A program made the position numbers and the translations under genes. Positions 44,961-55,036 of a stretch of DNA of 64,000 bases are shown one piece after another. The notes beneath the pieces were generated by a model. It had not been told where the DNA came from. It saw nothing but the letters and a program-made list of their open reading frames with translations, and ran no database searches. The DNA comes from a virus, in the IMG/VR virus record IMGVR_UViG_3300009176_000002, positions 6,147 through 70,146 of that record. One strand, given 5' to 3'. How positions within the stretch are numbered: position 1 is the stretch's first letter; each line of letters starts with the position of its first letter.

Positions 44961-46856
44961 TCACGGCACGCGGAACTTGCCGGTCGCTGGGTCCCAGACC
45001 GTGCCGGTTGCGCCGGGGATGGCAGGAGCCGCAGCGGGTGGGGCGCCCGGGGTGGCGGCGCGCGGCGGGGCCGTGGGCGCAGCGACCGGCGCGGTGATCG
45101 CGTCGATCGGCATCTGGGCACCGAAGACCTGCTCGGGCGGAATGCCGAGCGGCTTGATCGCCGCCTCGATCGCCGACCGGTTGCCCGCGTTGTAGGTCTG
45201 CATCTGCTGGTAGACGGCGATGGCCGTGCGCATCATCTCTTCGATCTGGGCGTCGGGCAGTGGCGCACCGCCCTCGACGGTGCGGCTGACGAACCCTTCG
45301 ATGCGCTGCACCAGCGAACCGATGTCGCCCGCTCGCAGGAACTCCGACGGCATGACGACCGAGTTGGGCTCGCTGACGTGGACGGCGGCGGTGCGGAAGG
45401 GCTCCCACGCCGTCTTGTCGCCCGCCTTGTAGCGCTGGTAGGCGGCGCTCATCACGCGCAGGTACTGCTCCATGCCGCGCACCGGGGCGTTGAGCTGATT
45501 CCAGCGGCCTTGATACTTGAAGGTCTCTTCGGCGCGCTGCTCCTTGGTGATGGGTTTCTCGGCGGCGGCGAGCCCGGTCCCGGTCCCGGTTGCGTAGGCC
45601 GCCTTCTGCTGCAGCTCGTTCGCCAGCGCCTGGACGCGTGCGAAGTCCCAGTCGGGGACCATGCTGCCGCGGCTGTAGCCGCTGGCGGTCGCCGCCTGCT
45701 CGTAGTACGGCCCCATACCGATGGCGCTCAGCGGCTTGAAGTTCGGATCGGGTTTGCGCGTCACCGGATCGATGTACGCCTGCTGCGTGGGGTCGAACAC
45801 CCGGAACGCCTGTACCATCGCCCCATCGGGGCCGAGCGTCTGCCCCGAGATGGAGCGCACCTGCCCCCCGATGCCACGCGCCCGCATGTGCTCCTGGAGA
45901 ATCGCATCGGCCGCCGACTTCTCGGGGTTCGGGTCGCCCGCCGCGCGGAACATCTCGGTGTAGCCGGCGAGGTCGCCGCGGAAGTCGCCGAGCGACTTGG
46001 CGCGGGCCGCGGTGGTCGCCTGGTCCTCGGCGTTGGCGAAGCGGGGCATGTAGGTGCTGACGTCGGTGCGCCCGACCTCGGGACCCGGGACGTGCTCGGT
46101 CAGCGCCGAGGCGGGCTGGCCAGAGGCGCTGGTCGGCGGGCGGTCCAGCGGGACGAGTGGCGACGGCTCGTAGATCATCGGCCCTTGGTCAGGGACCTCC
46201 TCGTCCGGCCCCGCAGGCGGCGGGGGCGGTGGCCCGCCGGTGGCGGAGGAGGATGGGGGCGCGGCACTCGCAGCCGGCGGGGGAGGCGGTGGCGCCGCCC
46301 GTGACGCAGGCATCGTCGGCACCATGTTGGCGCGGCGGTTGGGCGGCGCCAGGGGCGGAGGCGGTGCGGGCGGTGCTGCCGCGACGGTCGGCGGTGGGGC
46401 GGGTGGCGTCGACGGTGGCACCGGCTGCGGCTGCGCCATCGCGTCACCCTCGGTCGGGCTGTTCGCGCTCTGCACCAGTCCGGAGGGCTGGACATCCGGC
46501 AGCTGCGTCTGCCCGGCCACCGGGGTCTGTTGCGGCAGGCGGTTGGCGGACAGCCCGGGGGTGACGACCTCCTTGGTCTGCGGCGTCGTCATGTACTTCT
46601 GCACGACCGGGTAGATCGGGCTCGACTGCATCTCGCCCATCCAGCCGGCGAACCCGCCCTTGCGCTTGCGACCCTGACCCATCTGCAGGATGCCGGTGGC
46701 GCCCATGTGCTGCTGCTCCGGGTCCTCGGAGTTGAGCAGCGTCTGGTAGACGAGGGCCTCGCGCTTCTGGTTGTCGAGATCGGCGTCCGCCGCCTCCTTG
46801 GTGATCTCGTGCTGCCGATCGGCGTAGCCGCTGAGGATGCCGGAGAGCCAGCCCAT
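44961..46856 (-). CDS. Putative ejection (DNA transfer) protein
   Basis: Position in module; EPNSVVMPSEF motif; Pro-rich linker. Confidence 0.6.
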   Translation of the reverse strand: MGWLSGILSGYADRQHEITKEAADADLDNQKREALVYQTLLNSEDPEQQHMGATGILQMGQGRKRKGGFAGWMGEMQSSPIYPVVQKYMTTPQTKEVVTPGLSANRLPQQTPVAGQTQLPDVQPSGLVQSANSPTEGDAMAQPQPVPPSTPPAPPPTVAAAPPAPPPPLAPPNRRANMVPTMPASRAAPPPPPPAASAAPPSSSATGGPPPPPPAGPDEEVPDQGPMIYEPSPLVPLDRPPTSASGQPASALTEHVPGPEVGRTDVSTYMPRFANAEDQATTAARAKSLGDFRGDLAGYTEMFRAAGDPNPEKSAADAILQEHMRARGIGGQVRSISGQTLGPDGAMVQAFRVFDPTQQAYIDPVTRKPDPNFKPLSAIGMGPYYEQAATASGYSRGSMVPDWDFARVQALANELQQKAAYATGTGTGLAAAEKPITKEQRAEETFKYQGRWNQLNAPVRGMEQYLRVMSAAYQRYKAGDKTAWEPFRTAAVHVSEPNSVVMPSEFLRAGDIGSLVQRIEGFVSRTVEGGAPLPDAQIEEMMRTAIAVYQQMQTYNAGNRSAIEAAIKPLGIPPEQVFGAQMPIDAITAPVAAPTAPPRAATPGAPPAAAPAIPGATGTVWDPATGKFRVP

Positions 46857-46868
46857 GGTGATGTGCTC

Positions 46869-47765
46869 CTAGTCGTAACCGTAGGTGGCGTTCGGGTCGT
46901 AGGGCCGGCCGTAGTCGTTCGGGTCGTAGTCGCCTGCCACCGGCGGCATGGGGGGCGCCGCCCCGACCCGGTAGTCGTCGGCGGGGCTGCCATACTCGTA
47001 GCCCGGCTGCCGCACGGTGGTCGAGGACCCGTAGTCGACGTTGCCAGGGTTGGCGGGGTTGCCCGCGCCAGGCTTCTTCGGCGTGAACGCCACCTTGCCC
47101 AGGTCGGCGATGAGCTGCCCGATCGGCTTGCCGGTCTTCTCGCCTTCGAGGATGGCGGCGGCGCGGTTGTTGGCGCCCGAATCCAGGAGTCTCGCGTAGA
47201 TGTTCCCGGCGTTGCCCGCCAGCGGCGTGGCGGTCTGGGCCATCGTCGTACCCAGCTTCGCCAGCTCGTCGGCGGCATAGGGCTGCACGCCGGTGGTGAG
47301 CTTCGCGACCTGGCTGGCGCGGTTGCGGTTGATGTCGCCCTGCAGCTGCTGGCGCGCGGCCCCGCGCACGCCCGCTTGCTGGAGCTGCTGGGACTGACCA
47401 CGATAGGTGTCATTGAGCACGCCACGCGAGCCAGCGACTGCGTTCGCCATCGCGCCACGGCTGCCGCGTAGCAGCGTCTGGTAGTAGCTGGCGGGCTGCG
47501 CCATGTAGGGGCGCGACTCGTTCAGGAGCGAGGTGCCCGCCTGGCCCATGCCTTTGGCCGCGCCCATCGCACCCGCGAGCGAGGCGGCTTCTTCAGGCGA
47601 GCGTTCGAGCGCGCCCTGCTGGGCCTTCTTGGCGACCATGCCGCCGACGACGGCGCCCCCGGCCTGGGTGATGGGCGGGCCATACTTCTCCCAGAAGCCG
47701 GTGGGCTGGGTCGCGGTGGGGTCGTCGCCGCTGACCAAGCTACTCATCGCTGGTACTGCTGCCAT
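46869..47765 (-). CDS. Putative ejection/pilot protein
   Basis: Ala/Gly/Gln-rich helical sequence in the ejection cluster. Confidence 0.6.
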   Translation of the reverse strand: MAAVPAMSSLVSGDDPTATQPTGFWEKYGPPITQAGGAVVGGMVAKKAQQGALERSPEEAASLAGAMGAAKGMGQAGTSLLNESRPYMAQPASYYQTLLRGSRGAMANAVAGSRGVLNDTYRGQSQQLQQAGVRGAARQQLQGDINRNRASQVAKLTTGVQPYAADELAKLGTTMAQTATPLAGNAGNIYARLLDSGANNRAAAILEGEKTGKPIGQLIADLGKVAFTPKKPGAGNPANPGNVDYGSSTTVRQPGYEYGSPADDYRVGAAPPMPPVAGDYDPNDYGRPYDPNATYGYD

Positions 47766-47775
47766 GGTCTGCTCC

Positions 47776-48657
47776 TCAGCCGAGATACTGCTTGTAGATC
47801 CCCACGCCCTTGTTGACCCGGTCCCAGATCGGGTTGCGCGACGGGCTAGGCGCGGTGAACGTCTGGGCGGCGTTGAGGGCCGTGCCGATCGGGCTGAACT
47901 GTCCGGTGCGTGCCGTGTTCATCCCCGTGTTGACGCCAAGGTTGATGGCCTTGCGCGCGAGCGGATTCTCGGTGATGGCCGGGGCGATGCGACCCGCCTG
48001 TGCGCCCGCCGCCCCGCTGGCCGCGCCGGTGAGGGCACCCTTGACGCCGCCGGTCAGCGCGCCGCGGGCCGCACCCACGCCAGCCTGCGCGAGGGTGTTC
48101 TTGAGGCTGCCCGCAGGCCCGGCGCTCACCCCGGGGATGAAGTTCAGGGCGGCGCTCTTCGGGTCGAAGCTGCCCGACGTCGCGCTCTGCAGGCCGGTGT
48201 TGAAGGCGCCTTGCACGGCGGTCTTGGTGGCGAGGCCACTGAGCCCGCCGACCCCACCGGCCAGCCCCGCGACGCCCCCGGCGGCCATCATCCCGGTGCC
48301 GATGACGTGCTGCCAGTTGGTCGGACGCTCGAACTTCCCTGAGCTGTAGTTCCACTTGAGCGGGTCCTTGAAGTAGGAGCCCTGCGCGTTCCAGTCCGGC
48401 GCGTTGGGGTTCGGGCCGACGTAGGTGCCCGCCTGGTCGAAGTACTCCTTGGGGAAGTAGCGGGCCGTGCCACCGGGGTCCGCGTGCATCGCCAGCCCGT
48501 TGGCCCCGGTCTGGAAGTCGCTGCGGTGCTGCTTCAGCGCGTCGGGGATCGCCCCATACACGGTCTTGTCGATCGTGGGCGTGCCCGAGGCGGGCTTCAA
48601 GCCAGCGATCCGCTGCTGGAAGGGGTCGTTCGGATCGATGTAGAGCGTGTTGCCCAT
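47776..48657 (-). CDS. Putative Gly/Ala-rich ejection protein
   Basis: GxxxG-rich hydrophobic stretches. Confidence 0.55.
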   Translation of the reverse strand: MGNTLYIDPNDPFQQRIAGLKPASGTPTIDKTVYGAIPDALKQHRSDFQTGANGLAMHADPGGTARYFPKEYFDQAGTYVGPNPNAPDWNAQGSYFKDPLKWNYSSGKFERPTNWQHVIGTGMMAAGGVAGLAGGVGGLSGLATKTAVQGAFNTGLQSATSGSFDPKSAALNFIPGVSAGPAGSLKNTLAQAGVGAARGALTGGVKGALTGAASGAAGAQAGRIAPAITENPLARKAINLGVNTGMNTARTGQFSPIGTALNAAQTFTAPSPSRNPIWDRVNKGVGIYKQYLG

Positions 48658-48659
48658 GA

Positions 48660-49418
48660 TTATCGCAGTCTCCTGCCCGGCGGCTTGGCCGGCTGCTGTA
48701 AGGGCATCGGGGTGCCGTCGGCCAGGCCGGGGTCGGCGACCAGGTTCGGCGAGCCGACTTCGACCATGTGACTGGACATCTCCTCCGCGGGTGGGTTCAT
48801 GCCCACGATGTCGTACGCCCGCGTCACCCCGTCGACCACGACCGCGAGCTTGTCGTTGCTGAGCAGCCCCGACGGATTGCGCTGCCGCCCGGCCGTGAAC
48901 CCCTCCTGCTGCAAGTGCCAGATCGCCCGCAACACGAACTCCAGGGCGTGGGCCGTGCGGGTGTCGGCGTCGGCGACCGGGAGGAACAGATCATCGTGGT
49001 ACTCGTTCGCCGTGCCGCAGACGGTGCGCCCCGCTTCATACGCCGTCTGGTCAACCGGCCCTGGGAGATGCCCGGTTGAGGGCGCCGCCCCGCAGCCCGC
49101 CGCTCCCTGCCCACCGTCGCCGCCGCCGGGGAGCACACCGGACTCTTCGCCGAGCCGCTGCTTCTCCGCCTCGCTGCCCTGGAAGAGGGCGAGCGCCTCG
49201 TCGGCCTTGTGGTCGACCCGAACGAGTTGATCCTCGGCCGTGTTCGACGCGCTGACAAGATCCCCCGCCGTCGCCTCGATGCCCTGCAGGCGCGCTTCGA
49301 GGTCGTAGTAGCGGTCCCACAGCAGGCGGAGCGACTGCGCTGCACGCCAGTCGCTGATGCCTTCCAGGTGCGGGTACTGCCGCTTGAGCGTGGGCGGGGC
49401 GGTCAGCTCGACGCTCAT
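48660..49418 (-). CDS. Virion-associated protein, coiled coil plus C-terminal globular domain
   Basis: Coupled to the tail gene; coiled coil DLEARLQGIE... Confidence 0.55.
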   Translation of the reverse strand: MSVELTAPPTLKRQYPHLEGISDWRAAQSLRLLWDRYYDLEARLQGIEATAGDLVSASNTAEDQLVRVDHKADEALALFQGSEAEKQRLGEESGVLPGGGDGGQGAAGCGAAPSTGHLPGPVDQTAYEAGRTVCGTANEYHDDLFLPVADADTRTAHALEFVLRAIWHLQQEGFTAGRQRNPSGLLSNDKLAVVVDGVTRAYDIVGMNPPAEEMSSHMVEVGSPNLVADPGLADGTPMPLQQPAKPPGRRLR

Positions 49419-52400
49419 CCGGCTTGCCCTGGTGCCACCGCGCCGCTACTGGCGTGCGCGGCGAGGATGGCGTGGGTCATCGGGCGCGACGGGTCCTGAT
49501 CGTCGTTGCCGAAGGGCTTCACCTCGATCGACTGGTAGGCGCCCCAGGGCTGGATCATCACCGAGGTCTCGTCGCGATAGAGCCAGAAGGGCGTCGGGCT
49601 GGTGAGGATGTACTTGATCAGCACGCCCTTGCCGGCGACGAACCCAGGGAGAAAGCGCCGCTGCTTCACGCCCCCGGTCGCGGGGATGACGTAGTCGTGC
49701 GTGGTCGTGCCGCCGACCTGGTTGTGCTGCATCACGGTACGCAGGGTGACGTCGGCGGTGGACTTCAGGGTGATGTGGGCGTAGAGCGGGTAGAACCACC
49801 CGGGGAGGCCGTGGTTGGTCTCCTGCGTCTCCCAGCGGTCGAAGCAGAACGGCTCCTCGTCGAAGATCGGCTCGGCCGAGTACAGCCGCCCGGGGTTGGC
49901 GTCGACCGGGAACATGCGCCAGACGCGACCGAGGTGCTGATCGGTTAGTGCGATCTGGACCACCCGGCGCCCGTTCGCACTAACCGAAAGTGTCTCGACC
50001 GTCACGCCGTCGACCTCGACGCCGACGGTCTTGGTCTGCCCGAAGGTGTCGCACTCGAAGATGATCGCCTTGAGCCACTTGTCGGCGCGGGTGCCCAGGA
50101 TGCTGAAGTTCTGGTTCCAGTTCGCCTGCTCGGAGGGTTCCTCCTGCAGGTGCCAGCGGTGCGTGTACAGCAAGCCTGGGTTGTCGTCGATGGCGAAGAA
50201 GCGGAAGACGTGGCCGCGTCCCCAGGGCAGCGTGAGGTGCACGACGCGGCGACCGTTCGCCACGATGGGGAAGTAGGGCAGCCCGGCGAGGGTGTTAGGC
50301 ACGCGCTGCTCGTCGACCCACACCTCGATGCGCTTCTCGGCGCCGCTGGTGTCGCAGTAGAGATCGAGGCCCGTGTAGTACTGGTCCCACTTGTTCTCGA
50401 AGTGGATGTCCCACTTGCTGATGCGCGGCGGCTCCTGGATGTAGATCCAGTCGGCACGGTAGAGCAGCCAGGGCGCGCAGCCGACGGCGTCGGGGCGCGT
50501 GCGGACCATGTGCGCGGGGACCGACGGCCAGGAGAACTTGAGCTTGTGGCGCCCGGTCGCGAGCACCTGCAACGTGGCGACGGTCTCGCGGACGCCGTTG
50601 AAGTCGCGCTCGATGAACACGTCCTTGACCGCGCCGCCGGTGTCGCAGTCGAAAGTCACCCCCGAGAGCCAGACCTCGTCGGGCGAGTTGAGGTCGTCCC
50701 AGTTGGTCACCCGCGTGTTGGTGAGATCAGGCTGGAGGGTAATCGCGTAGCCGAACTGATAGAGCGTGGGCGGCGGGCCGGAGGACGACCAGCGCAGCTC
50801 CGCGGTGATCGAGTGCGCCTTCTGGGGCGACTCACCGAAGGCGTGGATGAGGAAGCGCTGGCGCCCGCTGACGCCGGTCGTGACCGGGATGATGCTGTTG
50901 GCGTGCGTCTCCTCGTTGAGGAAGACCTGCAGTGAGAGTTCAGTCGCGCCCGGGTCGGCGTCGAGGTAGATGTCGCCGAAGAGTTTCTCCTCACGGCGGC
51001 CGGCGGAGAAGCTGCCCGGGCGGGCGACGCAGGCGATTGCCTGGCCGTCGTCGGAGAAGCCGTCGTGGAGGTAGCTGGCGCCGGTGGTAGCACCGCCGAT
51101 GACGAGGATGTCCTCGTCCAGGCCCTGGAGCGTGGCGGGCGCGCGGCCGAAGGCGTAGTGGCGCCAGAACTTCTGCAGGAGCGAGTAGACGAGGACCTGC
51201 CGGTTACCCGAGGTGTCCTGGTACTGGAAGTAGAGGCAGTTCTCCCAGACAGTGAGGCGCAGCGCGTCGCCCGCTGATTTGTCGATCGGTTGGTAGCCGT
51301 TGACTGCGGTGCCGTAGAAGAGCGGGTTGATCGCTTCGCTGAGCCAGTCCTCCGGCCCGCCATTGGTCGCGAACAGGCCGTCCTCGGCGACGAAGAAGAT
51401 CCCGCCCATCGGCCCGGCGCAGAAGGCGTGACGCCCGAGCGCCAGGCCGCGCGTGCACCCGGTCGGCGCGACCGTGACGCCTGCGGCTTTGCCCAGGTTC
51501 GGGTAGATGAAGTAGAGGCGCGCGCGGGAGAACACGAACGCCTGCGAGCTGATGAGGCCGCCGTGCATCAGCTCCTCGCTGGGCGGGCAGACCTCGACGT
51601 TGCCGAACGCCGACCAGTGATCGGGTTCGTCGGGGACGGAGAAGTACAGGAAGCCGGGGCGATAGGGATCGCCGCACGCGAACAGCATCCCTTCGAGCGG
51701 GCCGAACAGCGCCGGGAGCGGCTGCGCCAGGACCACGTTGCCGTCTTCGTCCTCGGTCGGTACCGCCTCGTAGTGGTCGGTGGGCAGGGCGCCCGCGAGC
51801 GCGATGGCGTCATCGGCGAGGGTGTCGACCAGCACGCCACCGTCAGCGGTATTCTCGCCCACGAAGTACCAGTCGTCGATGAGCGTGCCGCCGCGCCGGT
51901 AGACGCGTTGGCGGATCGCCGCGGAGCCGTAGGCGACCGGCGTGACCGCGATGGCGCGGCGCAGCGTGTCGAGGTAGGCGGTCGTCTCCTGCTCGTCCGA
52001 CCCGTTTGACTCGGCGCCGGTGCGCGGGTCGTAGTGCGTAGTGCGGTAGTCGTACTGCTGCACGCCGGGCTCGACGGTGTCGGGACCGAAGCCGCCCATG
52101 ATGTAGGCGTCGTCGAAGCCGATGGCGATCGGACCGGTGCCCTCGGGCAGCGTGCGGACGTAGATGATGACACCGGTGATGGTCGACCAGTCGCGGCCGG
52201 GGGTCGAGCCGATGCGCTGGAAGTCACCGCGGCGCAGCGGCGAGCCCAGCTGGCCGTAGCCGAACCACTGCTGCTGGCCGAGCCCGAGCTGGAAGCTGCG
52301 CGCGCGAGCGGGGTCGGTCTGCGCCTTGCGATTGGCCCAGGTGTCGCGGTCGTCGTCGAAGGCGCGGGTCTGCGAGTCTTTGTCACGCAGCGCGTAGATG

Positions 52401-53452
52401 CGCGCCTGCTCCGCGGCCTGGACCTGGGCGAAGGTGGCCTGGACGAACTGCACGTAGTCGTTCGGGCGGAAGGCTTTCACGTAGGCGTCGGAGTTGGCGT
52501 ACGGGGCGTCCTCGACCGAGCCATCGGGCGGCGGCGTGCCGGGCAGGACAAGCGGGTCGAAGTCGGCAGAGCAGACCGCGTAGATGCGGATCTCCGCCAT
52601 CAGGTGCGGGTGCGAGGTCTTCATCCAGCAGTGGAAGATGTCGTCGTCGCTCGCGGGCACCGAGGCGGGGAGCGACGGGTCGACGAGCGCGCCGACCGGG
52701 TCGAGCTGCGTGAGGTCGCGCGTCACGGCGATGCCCCACCAGCTGTCGTAGCCGGAGTCGACGGCGCTGCCGGGCGCGGTCACCAGGTAGATGCCCTGGC
52801 CTGCGACCGGGCCTTCGGTGTCGACCGCGGCGAGCGGCGTGTCGGTGGTGTGGCCGTTCTGGTCGACGCCTGGCGCGGGCGTCCAGTTGGCGGCTTCGGT
52901 GCCGTCGCCGGTCTCGCACATGACCAGGGCGCGGGAGTACTCGTTGGCGAGCGCGGTCGTGGGAGTAGCAGGCGCGGGCAGGCCGATCGGCAGCGCCAGG
53001 CCGTCGGCGCGGATCTTCCGCATCCGCGCAGTGTCGGCGACGAACATCCAGGGCTCGCCCGAGAGCGGCGGGCGGTGCGGCAGCAGGGTGAGCGGGTGGC
53101 CGGAGTAGCCGCTGTCGACCGAGCTGGTGGCGCCGGTCCAGCCGCGATGCACCGAGGAGCCGACGCCCCAGAAGCGGGTGGTGTTGGCCGGGGTGCGCGG
53201 GTCACGCAGCTTGCGGATCGAATGCACCGGGCCGCCGCCGTGGGTGGCGAGCGGCGCCTCGCCCGGGCGGGTGGTCGCCTCGCCCTCGCTCTCGTGCCAG
53301 ACGTTGGTCAGGCGCGACCAGCCCTCCATCACGTCGAGCGAATCTTTGAGGTTGAGCGAGCCCACGCCCAGGCGCACGGTGTGCGTCTCGAACGGCTCGT
53401 CGAAGGTGGCCTTGGTGACGTTGTTGGCGCGGCGGCTGATCTGTTCGGCCAT
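49415..53452 (-). CDS. Tail tube/nozzle (packaged DNA stabilisation, gp10-like) protein
   Basis: 1345 aa beta-rich; LYFSVPDEPDHW, IFFVAEDGLFATNG, VLVYSLLQKFW; follows the adaptor genes. Confidence 0.7.
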   Translation of the reverse strand: MAEQISRRANNVTKATFDEPFETHTVRLGVGSLNLKDSLDVMEGWSRLTNVWHESEGEATTRPGEAPLATHGGGPVHSIRKLRDPRTPANTTRFWGVGSSVHRGWTGATSSVDSGYSGHPLTLLPHRPPLSGEPWMFVADTARMRKIRADGLALPIGLPAPATPTTALANEYSRALVMCETGDGTEAANWTPAPGVDQNGHTTDTPLAAVDTEGPVAGQGIYLVTAPGSAVDSGYDSWWGIAVTRDLTQLDPVGALVDPSLPASVPASDDDIFHCWMKTSHPHLMAEIRIYAVCSADFDPLVLPGTPPPDGSVEDAPYANSDAYVKAFRPNDYVQFVQATFAQVQAAEQARIYALRDKDSQTRAFDDDRDTWANRKAQTDPARARSFQLGLGQQQWFGYGQLGSPLRRGDFQRIGSTPGRDWSTITGVIIYVRTLPEGTGPIAIGFDDAYIMGGFGPDTVEPGVQQYDYRTTHYDPRTGAESNGSDEQETTAYLDTLRRAIAVTPVAYGSAAIRQRVYRRGGTLIDDWYFVGENTADGGVLVDTLADDAIALAGALPTDHYEAVPTEDEDGNVVLAQPLPALFGPLEGMLFACGDPYRPGFLYFSVPDEPDHWSAFGNVEVCPPSEELMHGGLISSQAFVFSRARLYFIYPNLGKAAGVTVAPTGCTRGLALGRHAFCAGPMGGIFFVAEDGLFATNGGPEDWLSEAINPLFYGTAVNGYQPIDKSAGDALRLTVWENCLYFQYQDTSGNRQVLVYSLLQKFWRHYAFGRAPATLQGLDEDILVIGGATTGASYLHDGFSDDGQAIACVARPGSFSAGRREEKLFGDIYLDADPGATELSLQVFLNEETHANSIIPVTTGVSGRQRFLIHAFGESPQKAHSITAELRWSSSGPPPTLYQFGYAITLQPDLTNTRVTNWDDLNSPDEVWLSGVTFDCDTGGAVKDVFIERDFNGVRETVATLQVLATGRHKLKFSWPSVPAHMVRTRPDAVGCAPWLLYRADWIYIQEPPRISKWDIHFENKWDQYYTGLDLYCDTSGAEKRIEVWVDEQRVPNTLAGLPYFPIVANGRRVVHLTLPWGRGHVFRFFAIDDNPGLLYTHRWHLQEEPSEQANWNQNFSILGTRADKWLKAIIFECDTFGQTKTVGVEVDGVTVETLSVSANGRRVVQIALTDQHLGRVWRMFPVDANPGRLYSAEPIFDEEPFCFDRWETQETNHGLPGWFYPLYAHITLKSTADVTLRTVMQHNQVGGTTTHDYVIPATGGVKQRRFLPGFVAGKGVLIKYILTSPTPFWLYRDETSVMIQPWGAYQSIEVKPFGNDDQDPSRPMTHAILAAHASSGAVAPGQAG

Positions 53453-53572
53453 CAGGCGATCCTCCAGCCCGTAGCCGATCGACCGAGTGTCGCGTGCGCC
53501 CACCTCAGCCTGGCGGGACCAAGCCGGTTCCCAGCGAGCTGCCACGACGGGGCACTCGGTCGATGAGCCATT

Positions 53573-54220
53573 CTAGCTCCACCCTTCCAGGATGATGGCG
53601 GCCACGGTCTCGGTCAGCTGGTAGCGCCGGTCACAGTAGTCGGCGCGCTCCGGGTCGAGCAGGCGCCCGACCTTGCGCAGCAGCGTGCCGAGGGCTGAGT
53701 ACTTGACCGCGGAGGTGAACTCTTCGGCGACCGGGAGCGCGGTGCCGGGAGCGGTCGCGAGGACCTCGGGCGGCACGCGGATGTAGAGCAGTTCGAGCGT
53801 GCCTGCGGCCGCGGGGGTCGGGACGAGGCGCAGGGTGAGGGTCGACTGGTCGAGGTCCGCGTAGCCGAGCGGCAGGCCGGGGGTAGTCTCCCAGCCGGGG
53901 ACGGCGAGGTCGCCCTCGAAGCTGTCGACCGGGCCGAGCGGCGTGCGAATGTTCCCCGTGGAACGCCAGACGAGCGAGGCGGTCGCCAGCCAGTCAGCGG
54001 GCAGCGGGATGCTCAACGCCCCCGCGGCCACGGGTAGCTCGACGCGCGCGACATCGAGATGGACATCGCGGGCGAGCGCGCGCACGCCTGCGTTGACGGC
54101 GTCGAGCACCTCGGGGCGGGTCCAGATCAGCGAGGGCCAGGTGTCCCCACCGTCGGGCGGCTCGATGAGTGTGAGCTGCAGCTCCGAGAGCAGGTCGCGG
54201 TCGTTCACCTGGAGCACCAT
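53573..54220 (-). CDS. Head-tail adaptor-like protein
   Basis: WTRPEVLDAVNAG, LRLVPTP, LPVAEEFTSAVKY. Confidence 0.65.
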   Translation of the reverse strand: MVLQVNDRDLLSELQLTLIEPPDGGDTWPSLIWTRPEVLDAVNAGVRALARDVHLDVARVELPVAAGALSIPLPADWLATASLVWRSTGNIRTPLGPVDSFEGDLAVPGWETTPGLPLGYADLDQSTLTLRLVPTPAAAGTLELLYIRVPPEVLATAPGTALPVAEEFTSAVKYSALGTLLRKVGRLLDPERADYCDRRYQLTETVAAIILEGWS

Positions 54221-54289
54221 GACGCGAGATAGACCAGCACCGCGAAGAACAGCCAGGGCGTGCCGTTAGTGAGGAACCGACGCCAGCGC

Positions 54290-55036
54290 TCACGCATTGC
54301 CCGTCTCCTGTTTGTCGTGCCGCGAGAACTGCGTCGCCACGCCCTGCATCTGCGAGGCGTCGCCGGTCGAGGGCGTGAGGTCGCGACGGCGGTCCAGGCC
54401 GGCGAAGCGCCGGTAGCGCTGGTTGGTCTTGAGCAGCGAGTTCTCGTCGGCGGCGGCCTGGAGGAACGTCTCGAAGTAGGGGCGGGTCGCGCGCCAGCGG
54501 GCACCGGCTTCCTTGAAGCTGGCGACGTGCAGGGCCATGTCAGCGATGACGTCGATGATCTCCTCGCCGAGGTCGACGTGGTCGGCGGCGGTGACGAGGA
54601 CGGGCGTGCGCAGGACGCCGTCGCACAGGAGTGTCGAGGGCGCGGCGTACGCGGGCCAGATGGCGATGCGGGTCAGGGAGACCGGTGCCCAGACGATCGG
54701 GTTCGGCGAGGCGCCGCCGCCGGTGCCGGTCGTCGCGAACCGCCACGACGGGAGGCCGAGATCGAGTTCGGTGAGCGAGGTCGGCGTCAGCGGCAGGCCG
54801 GTGGCGGTGGTGACGCGCATCCCGTAGGTCATCGAGCCGGGCAGCGCGATCTCCGGGTTGGCGGCCAGGGCGTTGAGGGTGACGCGCGTGCGCCAGCGGC
54901 CGGTGAGGAGGTTCCACTCGCGCAGGGCCTCGTTGAGCGCGAGGCGCGCTTCCTCGGCGGTCCAGAACACGACCTGGTCCCAGCGCTGGGCCATGAGCGT
55001 CTGCAGGTCGGCGAGGGTGGTTACGGTGTAAGGCAT
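54290..55036 (-). CDS. Head-tail adaptor-like protein (paralog)
   Basis: FWTAEEARLALNEA, IAIWPA. Confidence 0.65.
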   Translation of the reverse strand: MPYTVTTLADLQTLMAQRWDQVVFWTAEEARLALNEALREWNLLTGRWRTRVTLNALAANPEIALPGSMTYGMRVTTATGLPLTPTSLTELDLGLPSWRFATTGTGGGASPNPIVWAPVSLTRIAIWPAYAAPSTLLCDGVLRTPVLVTAADHVDLGEEIIDVIADMALHVASFKEAGARWRATRPYFETFLQAAADENSLLKTNQRYRRFAGLDRRRDLTPSTGDASQMQGVATQFSRHDKQETGNA